Assembly (NCBI RefSeq): GCF_000039765.1
Contig: NC_004459.3
Span: forward strand, 180,001-212,000
DNA: 32,000 nucleotides
Reading direction: 5' to 3'
Source of the DNA: Vibrio vulnificus CMCP6
GTDB taxonomy: Bacteria > Pseudomonadota > Gammaproteobacteria > Enterobacterales > Vibrionaceae
Shown here: in pieces, positions 21,312 through 31,645 of the stretch
Layout: every line of letters begins with the position of its first letter
Position numbering within the stretch: the stretch's first letter is position 1
Notes under the pieces: generated by a model
Told to the model about the DNA's origin: nothing
Database searches by the model: none
Seen by the model: only the letters and a program-made list of their open reading frames with translations
Position numbers and translations under genes: made by a program

Positions 21312-23036
21312 ATGATTTCAGGCATCCTGGCATCTCCTGGTATTGCAATTGGTAAAGCACTACTACTTCAAGAAGATGAAATTGTCCTAAACACTAACAC
21401 TATCACAAAAGCTCAAGTAGAAGCTGAAGTTCAGCGTTTCTACGACGCGCGCAGCAAATCTTCTGCACAGCTAGAAACAATCAAGCAGAAAGCGCTAGAA
21501 ACTTTCGGTGAAGAGAAGGAAGCGATCTTCGAAGGTCACATCATGCTTCTTGAAGATGAAGAGCTAGAGGAAGAAATCCTAGCACTCATCAAAAAAGAGA
21601 AGATGACTGCAGACAACGCGATTTACACTGTTATCGAAGAGCAAGCAACCGCTCTAGAATCTCTTGATGATGAATACCTGAAGGAACGCGCAACGGATAT
21701 CCGTGATATCGGTTCTCGTTTTGTCAAAAATGCTCTTGGTATCAACATTGTTTCGCTAAGTGATATCAACGAACAAGTTATCTTGGTGGCTTACGACCTC
21801 ACTCCATCTGAAACTGCGCAAATCAACCTAGATTACGTTCTTGGTTTCGCTTGTGACATCGGTGGTCGTACATCTCATACTTCAATCATGGCTCGCTCAC
21901 TTGAGCTTCCTGCGATTGTTGGTACAAACGACATCACAAAGAAAGTTAAGAATGGCGATATGCTGATTCTTGACGCAATGAACAACAAAATTATCGTTAA
22001 CCCTTCTGAAGCTCAAATTGAAGAAGCGAAAGCTGTGAAAGCTTCGTTCCTAGCAGAGAAAGAAGAGTTGGCGAAGCTGAAAGACCTACACGCAGAAACA
22101 CTAGATGGCCACCGCGTAGAAGTATGCGGCAACATCGGTACAGTAAAAGACTGTGATGGCATCATCCGTAATGGTGGTGAAGGTGTTGGTCTCTACCGTA
22201 CTGAATTCCTCTTCATGGATCGCGACGCGCTACCAACAGAAGAAGAACAGTACCAAGCATATAAAGAAGTTGCAGAAGCAATGGAAGGTCAAGCTGTCAT
22301 TATCCGTACAATGGATATCGGTGGTGATAAAGATCTACCATACATGGATCTTCCAAAAGAGATGAACCCATTCCTAGGCTGGCGTGCAGTTCGCATCAGC
22401 TTAGATCGTCGCGAAATTCTTCGTGACCAGCTACGTGGTATCCTACGTGCTTCAGCACACGGTAAACTACGTATCATGTTCCCAATGATCATCTCTGTTG
22501 AAGAAATTCGCGCGCTGAAAGAAGCGATCGAAGAGTACAAAGCAGAACTTCGCGCAGAAGGTCTTGCATTCGACGAAAACATCGAAATCGGTGTGATGGT
22601 TGAAACGCCAGCTGCAGCAGCAATCGCTCACCATTTAGCGAAGGAAGTTTCTTTCTTCTCTATCGGTACTAACGACTTAACTCAGTACACACTCGCCGTA
22701 GACCGTGGTAACGAGATGATTTCTCACCTTTACAACCCACTGTCACCAGCTGTACTAACGGTTATCAAGCAAGTGATTGATGCTTCTCACGCAGAAGGTA
22801 AATGGACTGGTATGTGTGGTGAGCTAGCAGGTGATGAGCGTGCTACCCTTCTACTATTGGGTATGGGTCTAGATGAATTCTCTATGAGCGGTATTTCTAT
22901 TCCTAAAGTGAAGAAAGTGATCCGCAATGCAAACTTTGCAGCAGTGAAAGCAATGGCAGAAGAAGCGCTATCATTGCCAACAGCGGCTGAAATCGAAGCT
23001 TGTGTAGAAAAGTTCATCGCAGAGCACTCTAAGTAA
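21312..23036 (+). CDS. ptsI: PTS enzyme I
   Basis: 574 aa with [64 protein letters not shown]. Confidence 0.99.
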   Translation: MISGILASPGIAIGKALLLQEDEIVLNTNTITKAQVEAEVQRFYDARSKSSAQLETIKQKALETFGEEKEAIFEGHIMLLEDEELEEEILALIKKEKMTADNAIYTVIEEQATALESLDDEYLKERATDIRDIGSRFVKNALGINIVSLSDINEQVILVAYDLTPSETAQINLDYVLGFACDIGGRTSHTSIMARSLELPAIVGTNDITKKVKNGDMLILDAMNNKIIVNPSEAQIEEAKAVKASFLAEKEELAKLKDLHAETLDGHRVEVCGNIGTVKDCDGIIRNGGEGVGLYRTEFLFMDRDALPTEEEQYQAYKEVAEAMEGQAVIIRTMDIGGDKDLPYMDLPKEMNPFLGWRAVRISLDRREILRDQLRGILRASAHGKLRIMFPMIISVEEIRALKEAIEEYKAELRAEGLAFDENIEIGVMVETPAAAAIAHHLAKEVSFFSIGTNDLTQYTLAVDRGNEMISHLYNPLSPAVLTVIKQVIDASHAEGKWTGMCGELAGDERATLLLLGMGLDEFSMSGISIPKVKKVIRNANFAAVKAMAEEALSLPTAAEIEACVEKFIAEHSK

Positions 23037-23156
23037 TCTGCTGACCAATTTTCGAGCCTATATAATATGTTAGGCGGCTAAAAAAAGTCGTCTAACTGCT
23101 CGGATTGGTATACTATAATTCGACAGAATAAAACTAAACCTTAGGAGCATGACACA

Positions 23157-23666
23157 ATGGGTCTGTTTGACAAACTTAAGAAGCTTGTATCTGATGACAG
23201 CGCTAGCGCCGGTGCAATCGAAATTATCGCACCTTTGTCTGGTGAGATCGTGAACATCGAAGATGTGCCAGATGTTGTTTTTGCTGAGAAGATCGTTGGT
23301 GACGGTATTGCTATCAAACCAACAGGCAACAAAATGGTAGCTCCTGTAAACGGTACTATCGGTAAGATCTTTGAAACTAACCACGCATTCTCTATCGAGT
23401 CTGACGATGGTGTTGAACTGTTTGTTCACTTCGGTATCGACACAGTTGAACTAAAAGGCGAAGGCTTCACTCGTATCGCTGAAGAAGGTCAAACTGTTAA
23501 AGCTGGCGACACTGTAATTGAATTCGATCTTGCTCTTCTTGAAGAGAAAGCGAAGTCAACACTAACTCCAGTTGTTATCTCTAACATGGACGAAATCAAA
23601 GAGCTGAACAAGCTTTCTGGTTCTGTTGTTGTTGGTGAAACACCAGTTCTACGCGTAACTAAGTAA
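23157..23666 (+). CDS. crr: PTS glucose-specific EIIA component
   Basis: 169 aa [15 protein letters not shown]...[83 protein letters not shown]. Confidence 0.99.
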   Translation: MGLFDKLKKLVSDDSASAGAIEIIAPLSGEIVNIEDVPDVVFAEKIVGDGIAIKPTGNKMVAPVNGTIGKIFETNHAFSIESDDGVELFVHFGIDTVELKGEGFTRIAEEGQTVKAGDTVIEFDLALLEEKAKSTLTPVVISNMDEIKELNKLSGSVVVGETPVLRVTK

Positions 23667-23701
23667 TTACTACTTAGTTAGCAGAAAAACAGTTAACAGA
23701 A

Positions 23702-23727
23702 AAACGCTGCCATTGGCAGCGTTTTTT
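23702..23727 (+). terminator. rho-independent terminator of crr
   Basis: AAACGCTGCC-ATT-GGCAGCGTTTTTTG. Confidence 0.93.
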
Positions 23728-23742
23728 GTTTTTGTGAGCAAC

Positions 23743-24870
23743 CTAAGATAGCAATCCAATTGCACTGCCTGGGGCTTGCTTGGCTTGAGCCAGCAAGGCA
23801 GAGGTAGCCTGTTGCAATACCTGAGACTTCACTAAAGCGGTTGATGCTTTCGCAAAATCGGTATCCCATATTCGCCCTTTTGATTCAGTGACATTGCGAT
23901 TGATACTTTGCAAATTGTCCATCGTCCCCTCTACCCGATTTTGAAAACTGCCGATTTCACTTCGGTGAGAATCCAGATATTGAATTGCAGTATCAACAAC
24001 AGCAATCGCCAATTGAGCACCACCCACACTACTGATATCGAGTTCATCGAGCGTCACTTGTCCTTGCGGTTCAAAGTCTAGCTCTCCCTCCAAGCTTCCT
24101 GAGATATTTAAACCATCAGGAGCGTGACGATTAGCGACATAAAACTGCAATCGCCGATCATCCGTCACCGAGGACTCCACAACATTTTGCTGTGAATTGA
24201 TATACGTAGCGACTTCTTCGAGACTGTCTCCAGGCTTAAGCGAGATCTTAATGGATTGATCATCCCCTTCGCTATCTCGAAAAGTAAAGCTAAGTTGCCT
24301 TGATTCCTTGTCAACTTGCCAATCCTCATCCGCTGGCTCCGAGGCAAGGTAATGATACCCGCCCATCTCAGGAACGTGAGTCCGCATGTTTTTGAGTTGC
24401 AAAGAAATGGAATTAGAATTTGCCCCAAGATGAAAACTTTTTGAACCATAACTTCCATCAAACAGATTTTTACCCGCAAATGTGGTTGTCCTGGCTATTC
24501 TTTCCACTTCATCTTTCAATACCACCACTTCCAACTGCAAACTTTGCCGATCCTCATCAGAATTCGATCCGTTTGCGGCTTGAAGAGAAAGAGATCGCAA
24601 TCTCTGCAGTATTTCACTGCCCTCTTCCAACGCCCCTTCCGCTGTTTCTGCAACAGCATAAGCACTATGAGCGTTAGTTAATGCCACATCCAAACCACGG
24701 GTTTGGACGTGAAGCGTATTCGCTATCTGCATTCCAGCGGCATCATCGCTGGCACTATTAATTCGGAATCCGGAACTTAGATTTTTTTGGGTTTCAGCTA
24801 CCTGACTTGCCGCTGTGCTCAGATGCCTCTGAGCGACCATCGCAGACACGTTGGTATTGAGTGAAACCAT
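23743..24870 (-). CDS. flaE: polar flagellin (FlaE-like by position)
   Basis: Flagellin N and C domains: MVSLNTNVSAMVAQRHLSTAASQVAETQKNLSSGFRINSASDDAAGMQIANTLH ... [29 protein letters not shown]. Third of three tandem flagellins after flgKL; symbol assigned by gene order only. Confidence 0.88.
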   Translation of the reverse strand: MVSLNTNVSAMVAQRHLSTAASQVAETQKNLSSGFRINSASDDAAGMQIANTLHVQTRGLDVALTNAHSAYAVAETAEGALEEGSEILQRLRSLSLQAANGSNSDEDRQSLQLEVVVLKDEVERIARTTTFAGKNLFDGSYGSKSFHLGANSNSISLQLKNMRTHVPEMGGYHYLASEPADEDWQVDKESRQLSFTFRDSEGDDQSIKISLKPGDSLEEVATYINSQQNVVESSVTDDRRLQFYVANRHAPDGLNISGSLEGELDFEPQGQVTLDELDISSVGGAQLAIAVVDTAIQYLDSHRSEIGSFQNRVEGTMDNLQSINRNVTESKGRIWDTDFAKASTALVKSQVLQQATSALLAQAKQAPGSAIGLLS

Positions 24871-24972
24871 TTAATCGATATCCCTCTCCTGTTTCAATTC
24901 CGTTCATTCGGCAATAACGAGAAAACCGTCAAACTATGCCGAGAACATCTTGCGTCGAGGATATTAAACAAA

Positions 24973-24996
24973 GAGCCAGGTAAGACTACCTGGCTC
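24973..24996 (-). terminator. terminator of the middle flagellin gene
   Basis: Perfect 10-bp stem GAGCCAGGTA-GTCT-TACCTGGCTC followed by TTTGTTT on the minus strand. Confidence 0.85.
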
Positions 24997-25030
24997 CTGC
25001 TTACCGAAATTAACCGCTGCTGCTCAGAGA

Positions 25031-26164
25031 TTAGCCTAGTAGACTTAGCGCTGAGTTTGGCGCTTGTTTCGCTTGCGCAAGAATGGAACTTGATGCTTGC
25101 GATAGAATTTGTGTCTTGGTCAACTGAGTCGTTTCTTTCGCGAAGTCGGTATCTTTGATTCGGCTCTTCGACGCGTTCACGTTCTCGTTGATGTTGTCCA
25201 AGTTGCTGATTGCATGGTTGAAACGGTTCTGGAATGCACCCAGCTCTGCACGGTGGCTGTCTACGTATTTCAGTGCCGCATCCACAATCGCTACCGACTC
25301 TTGCGCACCTTGTACGGTTGTCACGTCAATCGTGTCTACCGTGACGTTTTTGCCTTCGCCTAGGCCAAGTTCACCAGCTAGGCTACCTGAGAAAGCAATT
25401 TCACCTTGAACTTTGTTGTTACCAGCAAAGATCTGTAGCTTGCCGCCTTCACCCACTGACGCTTTTACAAGGTCAGTTTGACCGTTGATGTACGTCGCTA
25501 GCTCTTCGATGTCATCGCCCGCTTTCGCGTTGATTTCGATCTCTTGCTCGTTACCAAAGCTGTCTGTCAGTGCAATCGTCAAGTCGTTGTCGCCTGCGGC
25601 CACATTCCAGTTCTTGTCTTTGCCTTCTTCAGCTTGGTAGCTCACGCCGCCCATCATCACGTTGTCAGAGCGCATGTCTTTGAGTGACAGCATGACCGCT
25701 TCACCGTTATCCGCACCAATTTGCATTGCTTTCGTGCCGTAAGTGCCGTTGAGCAGTTTGTTACCACCAAAAGACGTGGTTTCTGCGATACGGTTTAGCT
25801 CGTCGTTCAATGCGGTGATCTCTTCTTGAATCGCCACGCGCTCTGATTTTGAGTTTGAGCCGTTCGCTGATTGCAGAGATAGGTCACGCATACGTTGTAG
25901 GATGTTGGTGGTCTCGTTCATCGCACCTTCTGCGGTTTGTGCGATTGAGATACCGTCGTTGGCGTTACGTACCGCAACGTCTAGACCGCGACTTTGCACG
26001 TTCAAGCGGTTAGAGATTTGCAGACCGGCTGCGTCATCTTTTGCACTGTTGATTTTGAAACCTGAAGACAGACGCTCCATCGAAGTTTGTTGTGCGCTGT
26101 TTGCGTTATTCAGGTAACGCTGTGCTGTCATTGCTGCTACGTTTGTATTTACATTCACTGCCAT
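25031..26164 (-). CDS. flaD: polar flagellin (FlaD-like by position)
   Basis: [54 protein letters not shown] ... [43 protein letters not shown] at 26164 preferred over the ORF-track start at 26221. Symbol by gene order. Confidence 0.93.
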   Translation of the reverse strand: MAVNVNTNVAAMTAQRYLNNANSAQQTSMERLSSGFKINSAKDDAAGLQISNRLNVQSRGLDVAVRNANDGISIAQTAEGAMNETTNILQRMRDLSLQSANGSNSKSERVAIQEEITALNDELNRIAETTSFGGNKLLNGTYGTKAMQIGADNGEAVMLSLKDMRSDNVMMGGVSYQAEEGKDKNWNVAAGDNDLTIALTDSFGNEQEIEINAKAGDDIEELATYINGQTDLVKASVGEGGKLQIFAGNNKVQGEIAFSGSLAGELGLGEGKNVTVDTIDVTTVQGAQESVAIVDAALKYVDSHRAELGAFQNRFNHAISNLDNINENVNASKSRIKDTDFAKETTQLTKTQILSQASSSILAQAKQAPNSALSLLG

Positions 26165-26245
26165 GATGAATTCTCCAATTGATTTTCCGATATTACGGTT
26201 TCCGACGTCTCGGAAAACCAAGTAGTTCTCTCAAAGTTACTTCTA

Positions 26246-26272
26246 TTAACGGCTCAGCTTGAAAATCCTTTA
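26246..26272 (-). promoter_or_regulatory. candidate sigma28 (FliA) promoter of the middle flagellin gene
   Basis: Minus strand TAAA-GGATTTTCAAGCTGA(N15)-GCCGTTAA against consensus TAAA-N15-GCCGATAA, one mismatch. Confidence 0.8.
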
Positions 26273-26535
26273 GAGGAAAAAGACGATTTTTTTGAGAAAA
26301 GTTCATTTGGTGAGAAATTCGTGACCAAAGCAGGAAAAAGAGGAAAAAAGCGAAAATAACGCTAAAGTTTTGCGCATCTTTGCCATAGGAGCAGAAGGTA
26401 GAAACCATCTCATCCAGATGAGGGGCATGAAATTGCCACAATAGAAAAAGGTCATCGACAAAGCGATCAAAAAGCGAGATGGAATCGTGGTAGGTGCACA
26501 TCGGTATAAAAACGCGTTTGTGCAGAAAAAGAAAA

Positions 26536-26565
26536 AGCCCCTATTCCTTTGAGAGAACCGGGGCT
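26536..26565 (-). terminator. terminator of the first flagellin gene
   Basis: Minus strand AGCCCCGG...GGGGCTTTTTCTTTTT. Confidence 0.8.
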
Positions 26566-26752
26566 AGGTTGGTAGCCAGAGCCAATGTGGAGATCAAGAG
26601 AAATGAACACATTTCCGGCACCGAGCAACTTTACACGAATAATGTCAGGCAGGTGAGAGATGAGAGAGCCCTTCATTCACGGTAAAGCTGCTTGCCAAGT
26701 TATCCTGCATCTATAAGCTCACGTCTGAACCACAGCAGACACAGGATTACTA

Positions 26753-27910
26753 TTAGCCCTGCAATAGTGACATTGCAGAGTTTGGCAATTGTTTTGCTTG
26801 AGCAAGAATAGAAGTACCTGCCTGTTGCAAAATCTGTGCTTTCGTCATTTGCGTCGTTTCCTTCGCAAAATCAGTATCTTTAATACGGCTGTTCGATGCA
26901 TCAACGTTTTCTTGAACGTTCGCCAAGTTATTAATACTGTGGCTTAAACGGTTCTGTTTTGCACCTAAGTCCGCACGTTGTGAATCAACGTACTTCAATG
27001 CCGCGTCAATAACGCTAATTGCGTTCTGAGAACCTTGTACGGTACGCAGATCCAAATCTTGTACTGTTGTCGCAATCGGTTCGTCACTCAAACCCAGTTC
27101 AGAGGCAAGGCTACCCGAAATCGAGATATCGCCTTTCACATTTGGTTGAGCAACAAAGATTTGCAGCTTGCCATCTTCACTTACCGATGCGTTGATGTAG
27201 TCCGATTGACCATTGATGTACGTTGCCAATTCTTCAATATCATCACCGCTTTTCGCCATGATGTTGATTTCTAAATCGATAACATTGCCATCTTCATCTT
27301 CACCCATCTCTGGCAATACGATGTTCAGCTCTGCGTTATCCGCGCTCACTTCCCAATCTTTGTTTTTGCCATTTTCAGACTGGAAGGTCGTGCCACCCAT
27401 ACGGAAATCATCGGCACGGATGCTGGTTAAGCCCATAATCATCGCTTCACCAGAGTTAGAACCAATCTGGAATGCTGCATCACCAAAGGTGCCATTCAGT
27501 AGACGGCGTCCACCAAACGATGTGGTTTCAGCAATACGGTTAATTTCGTCTTGTAGAGCACTCGCTTCTTCATGAATCGCTTGGCGCTCAGACGTTGAGT
27601 TAGTACCGTTCGCGGATTGAATCGACAAGTCACGCATGCGCTGCAAGACTGCCGTCGCTTCATTCATCGCCCCTTCGGCGGTTTGAGCGATAGAGATACC
27701 ATCGTTGGCATTACGCATCGCCACATCTAGGCCACGAGACTGAGCGGTTAAGCGGTTAGAAATTTGCAAACCGGCCGCATCATCTTTGGCGCTATTAATT
27801 TTATGACCAGATGACAAACGTTCCATTGAGGTGTTTAACTCATCTGTCGCTTTGTTTAGATAACGTTGCGCAGTCATCGCGGATACGTTAGTGCTTACTG
27901 TTACAGCCAT
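26753..27910 (-). CDS. flaC: polar flagellin (FlaC-like by position)
   Basis: [54 protein letters not shown] ... [41 protein letters not shown]. The internal ATG giving MAVTVSTN is preferred over the ORF-track start at 27934. Symbol by gene order. Confidence 0.93.
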   Translation of the reverse strand: MAVTVSTNVSAMTAQRYLNKATDELNTSMERLSSGHKINSAKDDAAGLQISNRLTAQSRGLDVAMRNANDGISIAQTAEGAMNEATAVLQRMRDLSIQSANGTNSTSERQAIHEEASALQDEINRIAETTSFGGRRLLNGTFGDAAFQIGSNSGEAMIMGLTSIRADDFRMGGTTFQSENGKNKDWEVSADNAELNIVLPEMGEDEDGNVIDLEINIMAKSGDDIEELATYINGQSDYINASVSEDGKLQIFVAQPNVKGDISISGSLASELGLSDEPIATTVQDLDLRTVQGSQNAISVIDAALKYVDSQRADLGAKQNRLSHSINNLANVQENVDASNSRIKDTDFAKETTQMTKAQILQQAGTSILAQAKQLPNSAMSLLQG

Positions 27911-28049
27911 TTTGCTCTCCTTTCGAGTTCGCAAGCTTGTGCGAAGCGGCCAGCTTTACTCTCTTATGGAAAAGCACTGACCGTAATTACTTGCTAAAAC
28001 CGCCGGTGGCAGTTTTTAGAACCGGTAAATCATTTCTGATTTAGTAGAT

Positions 28050-28066
28050 TCAATTTGTGTGCCAAC
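28050..28066 (-). promoter_or_regulatory. possible sigma54 promoter of the flgL-proximal flagellin gene
   Basis: Minus strand TTGGCAC-ACAAA-TTGAA resembles TGGCAC-N5-TTGCA, but the -12 GC is GA. Confidence 0.4.
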
Positions 28067-28365
28067 TTTTTAAAATAAGACTGTTACCTGCCTTATTTCT
28101 AAGAAAACATACACTTACAAAGTGATATTTTCCTTCAACTTCTTCAACCTCTTTGTTTTGCTCTCTATCTACTGGCATTGCCACTTTGCCGCTTTGCCGC
28201 TTTTAGAGACATCTGCCGGAAGGTGGCAAGGTTTTTCTGCTTATCCGCACTTAAGGCATGGCTCATAAGGCATCAATGTTGAAAAACCAACAAGAGGTTT
28301 CCTAAAGTCTGTTGTGCACACTCACGATACCGTCATCTCATTCAGAGGCGGTTCGCTCTTGCTCA

Positions 28366-29559
28366 CTACAAGTAATTAAATAATGTGAGATCTTTCGTTT
28401 TACCAAATGCGAGCTGCGAAGCTTGCAACGCGCGTGAATTCTCATTGAATTCAATAATTGCCTTGGAGTAATCCAAGTCTTCAAAATTGCTCTTCGCTTT
28501 CGCTAAAGAGAGATTGAAATCTTCATGTTGCTGCTCTTGGATATCCAGTGTACTTAGGCGAGCACCAATGTCGGTGCGCGCTTTGTTGAGATGGATAAAG
28601 GCAGCATGAAACTCTTCCGTTACTTGGTGCAACTTCGCCGTGGCATTGGCATCAGACACCGACGCTTCAGAGTATTTCTCTGCATTTTTGAAGCTATCGA
28701 AAATAGAAAATGTTTCTCTTGGCTTTAGCTCAATCACGTCACCTTTCTGGATCTGGCCTTTGAGCTGAATCGTAAGATCTTCATACTGGATGCCTGTTGA
28801 TGGGTTGAACTCATCAGCGGCAACCACACTGCCATCTTTTTCTAATTGGTATCCCCAGCGACCATTACTCATATCAACCATAGTGACGCGATAAGTCGCT
28901 TTATCGAAATAGTCTTCGTTGACTGCTTTTTCGAGCAACAACTCAGAAGCATTTTGCAACTGATATTCTGGTTCGTAATCGCCAAAGGGATTCGGAATAT
29001 CCATAAACAACTTACTGCCAGGATCATTCATCGCCATTTCAAGATTGGCCGACACTCGCATTTTGCGTTGGTAGTCATCCCCTGCATAAGTCACCGTGCC
29101 ATCATAGTCACGGAAAAACGGCTGCGATTTTGGCTTGGTGCCAGCGAAGGTATAGTTGCCGGATTCATCTTGTGCATTGGCAAGGTAGAGGAAATTGGTG
29201 GCCAGTTCCTCAATTTCACGTCGTTTCGCGCGGCGATCTTCCGGTGATAATGCACCGTTAATCATTTCCATCACGGTACGTTTCGCCTCGTCTGCAAACT
29301 GCTCTTGGTTAGCCACATTCACTTCATGCTGCTCAAGACGGTTGCGTACTAGGACGATCGCATCAAGATACTGTTTTAACTGCTCAGATTGCTGACCAAT
29401 ATTTTGAATGTAGTGTGTTGCAAGGGGGTCATCACTCGGTGATAACAACTTCTTGCCAGACGCCAACTGCGCTTGGTTGTGATGGATTTTATTTTCCATG
29501 CGGCGCAAATCGTTTTGCACCGACTGATAGTTGTGGAAACTGGCGATACGGCTAATCAT
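28366..29559 (-). CDS. flgL: flagellar hook-associated protein 3 FlgL
   Basis: MISRIASFHNYQSVQNDLRRMENKIHHNQAQLASGKKLLSPSDDPLATHYIQNIGQQSEQ; flagellin-like N terminus, adjacent to flgK. Confidence 0.96.
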   Translation of the reverse strand: MISRIASFHNYQSVQNDLRRMENKIHHNQAQLASGKKLLSPSDDPLATHYIQNIGQQSEQLKQYLDAIVLVRNRLEQHEVNVANQEQFADEAKRTVMEMINGALSPEDRRAKRREIEELATNFLYLANAQDESGNYTFAGTKPKSQPFFRDYDGTVTYAGDDYQRKMRVSANLEMAMNDPGSKLFMDIPNPFGDYEPEYQLQNASELLLEKAVNEDYFDKATYRVTMVDMSNGRWGYQLEKDGSVVAADEFNPSTGIQYEDLTIQLKGQIQKGDVIELKPRETFSIFDSFKNAEKYSEASVSDANATAKLHQVTEEFHAAFIHLNKARTDIGARLSTLDIQEQQHEDFNLSLAKAKSNFEDLDYSKAIIEFNENSRALQASQLAFGKTKDLTLFNYL

Positions 29560-29572
29560 TTACCTGCTCCCT

Positions 29573-31489
29573 CTATCTCAATTGCAAAATGGTGTTAAAG
29601 GTGTCATTGGCCGCCTGCATAATGCGTGACGAAGCCATATAAGCTTGCTGGAAACGCATCATGTTTGCCGCCTCTTCATCGAGGTTAACACCTGAAATCG
29701 ACGCGATGCGTTCTTGAGCGGCTTCATTCTCATGCTGAGCAATATTGGCCAATCGCGTTGCGGTGGAATTGCGCAATCCCACATTGGTATTCAAGTTATG
29801 ATAAACATCTATGATGGTGGATTGATTACCATCCATCTTTTTATCCAATTGAATTTGCTGCATTTTACGCAAGTTACCGTTATCACCTTCAGACGGAACA
29901 AGGTTGGCGGTAAACTTGTCGTTTGCCCACGCGCCAGCGGTCAATTCAAAGACGGTCTCTTTACCCTCTTTATAACTGGGATGCGATGATGGCAAAGTCA
30001 CTGAAACCGGACCTTTGGGTGGATAAGGTTCCGGGCTTCGTACCACATTGCCTTTAGTATCAATCACCGCAAACTGATCGCCTTGGGGTGACACAATCAC
30101 TTCAAACTCGCGCAAATCACCCGCGGCCAAAATGTTAAATTGAGCGGTTCCTTGAGCAAAACTGGTGGAGGCTTCATAGCTTTGTGCGGCAATCATACTC
30201 GCATCATTCGTTGCGACTTGCATTTGCGCGGCCGAGTTACGCGTTGGGCGTAATAAGATTTTTTCGCCCGCTTTGGGCTCATTTCTCACTTCAACACGCA
30301 TACCATCCATGTAAAACGCAGACTTAGCTGAATCTAAAGAGACGGAGACCGTTTCGCCCGATGGCTTGGTCACTGTATAGTTACTGCCGTCATAACGAAG
30401 CGCATATTCACCACCTTTGAGCGACGCTAAATCGTTAATAAAAACGGCCACTTCGGCTTGCGAATCTGGCGCCGTCACGGCTCTTGATTTGGCGATCACC
30501 TCGGCATTTACATCGGTAAAAATCACACCACCAATATTGCCGCGTAAATCCAGACCTTGTTTTTGCAGCTTGTTCACTTCATCAGAAAATCCGGCTGCCA
30601 TGCGGCCAAGTTCATCCATCACATAGGGGATTTGGTTGTCACGCATGTCAAGCATGGCGCCGAGTTTGCCGTCTAGACCAACGCTTTTAATCGGTTTTAA
30701 TGACTTTCCTTCGTAGATCGCTAGGCGACGTTGATGAACGTCTGGGTAGCCATCAATCATCTTAAGTTGGCTTGCTTCCGTGCCTGAGACGAGCGTATGG
30801 CCATTGCCGATATGCACGTTAAAACCTTCCGCGTTTTTCCGCGGAGTCACGGTCACTTTAGTGTATTCAGAAAGCTCTTTGACCAGCTTTTCGTGTTGGT
30901 CCATCAAATCGTTATGAGGACCAGGCGTGCGCATCATCAAGCGGTGAATATCACGGATTTCAACCGCAATCTGGTTGATACGCTCTATACCCATATCGAG
31001 TTTTTTATTGGTGACATCGTATTGCTGACGAATGGTTTCATGAAAGCCATTAACGGTTTCACTGATGATTCGCGCTTTTTCCAGTAGAACTTTTCGCGCG
31101 CCAATATCGTTTGGGCTGTCCGCCAAGGTTTTTAGCGCATCGAACCATTCATTAAGATTTTCAGGAATTTTTTTCGACGCAACAGAAGAAAGCATGCTTG
31201 AAAGCATTTCTAAGTTCGCTTCGACATCCCCTTTGTTGGCAAAGTTGGTGGTGGAAAGATTAAGCTCATTAACGGCAAATTGGTCCCAAGAGCGGCGAAC
31301 ATTTTCCACATGCACGCCCATACCGTAGGTAGAACCACCAAACTGACGGGGATCATTGGTCGCTTGAATGACCGACTGACGGCTATAACCTTCTGTATTT
31401 ACGTTAGAAATGTTATGACCGGTAGTATTTAATTGTCTCTGAGCTGTCAGTACGCTCTGAGTACCTACATTCAGAAGATCCGACGCCAT
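29573..31489 (-). CDS. flgK: flagellar hook-associated protein 1 FlgK
   Basis: MASDLLNVGTQSVLTAQRQLNTTGHNISNVNTEGYSRQSV ... GVNLDEEAANMMRFQQAYMASSRIMQAANDTFNTIL. Confidence 0.98.
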   Translation of the reverse strand: MASDLLNVGTQSVLTAQRQLNTTGHNISNVNTEGYSRQSVIQATNDPRQFGGSTYGMGVHVENVRRSWDQFAVNELNLSTTNFANKGDVEANLEMLSSMLSSVASKKIPENLNEWFDALKTLADSPNDIGARKVLLEKARIISETVNGFHETIRQQYDVTNKKLDMGIERINQIAVEIRDIHRLMMRTPGPHNDLMDQHEKLVKELSEYTKVTVTPRKNAEGFNVHIGNGHTLVSGTEASQLKMIDGYPDVHQRRLAIYEGKSLKPIKSVGLDGKLGAMLDMRDNQIPYVMDELGRMAAGFSDEVNKLQKQGLDLRGNIGGVIFTDVNAEVIAKSRAVTAPDSQAEVAVFINDLASLKGGEYALRYDGSNYTVTKPSGETVSVSLDSAKSAFYMDGMRVEVRNEPKAGEKILLRPTRNSAAQMQVATNDASMIAAQSYEASTSFAQGTAQFNILAAGDLREFEVIVSPQGDQFAVIDTKGNVVRSPEPYPPKGPVSVTLPSSHPSYKEGKETVFELTAGAWANDKFTANLVPSEGDNGNLRKMQQIQLDKKMDGNQSTIIDVYHNLNTNVGLRNSTATRLANIAQHENEAAQERIASISGVNLDEEAANMMRFQQAYMASSRIMQAANDTFNTILQLR

Positions 31490-31544
31490 AATGCCCCCAA
31501 AAACTCAATCAAATCAGTAAAAACTGATCACCTGACGGTAAAAA

Positions 31545-31561
31545 TGCAAAAGATATGCCAA
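31545..31561 (-). promoter_or_regulatory. candidate sigma54 promoter of flgKL
   Basis: Minus strand TTGGCAT-ATCTT-TTGCA gives an exact GG-N10-GC spacing, about 55 nt upstream of the flgK ATG. Confidence 0.8.
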
Positions 31562-31614
31562 CAAAAACACATGACTGATATAGAAAGGATTTAAGGGTTA
31601 AGGAAGGGTAAAAA

Positions 31615-31639
31615 AACGGCCTATTTTTAGTAGGCCGTT
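31615..31639 (-). terminator. rho-independent terminator of flgJ
   Basis: Minus strand AACGGCCTA-CTAAAAA-TAGGCCGTT followed by TTTTT. Confidence 0.9.
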
Positions 31640-31645
31640 GGGAGA

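Noticed and set aside
24420-24677. Plus-strand 85-aa ORF opposite the third flagellin
   Set aside because: Fully antisense to a well-supported flagellin CDS; low-complexity shadow ORF.
26193-26501. Minus-strand 102-aa ORF (MCTYHDSISLFDRF...) upstream of the middle flagellin
   Set aside because: It spans the candidate sigma28 promoter and leader, has no recognisable domain or good RBS, and its composition looks non-coding.
27213-27575. Plus-strand 120-aa ORF opposite the first flagellin
   Set aside because: Antisense overlap with flagellin; serine-rich low-complexity translation typical of shadow frames.
23743-27910. Tandem flagellin array as a phase-variation or recombination cassette
   Set aside because: I see no invertase gene, inverted-repeat switch or recombinase; three adjacent paralogues are normal for polar flagellin loci in Vibrio.
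28846-29247. Plus-strand 133-aa ORF opposite flgL
   Set aside because: Shadow ORF in a conserved coding region with no supporting motifs.
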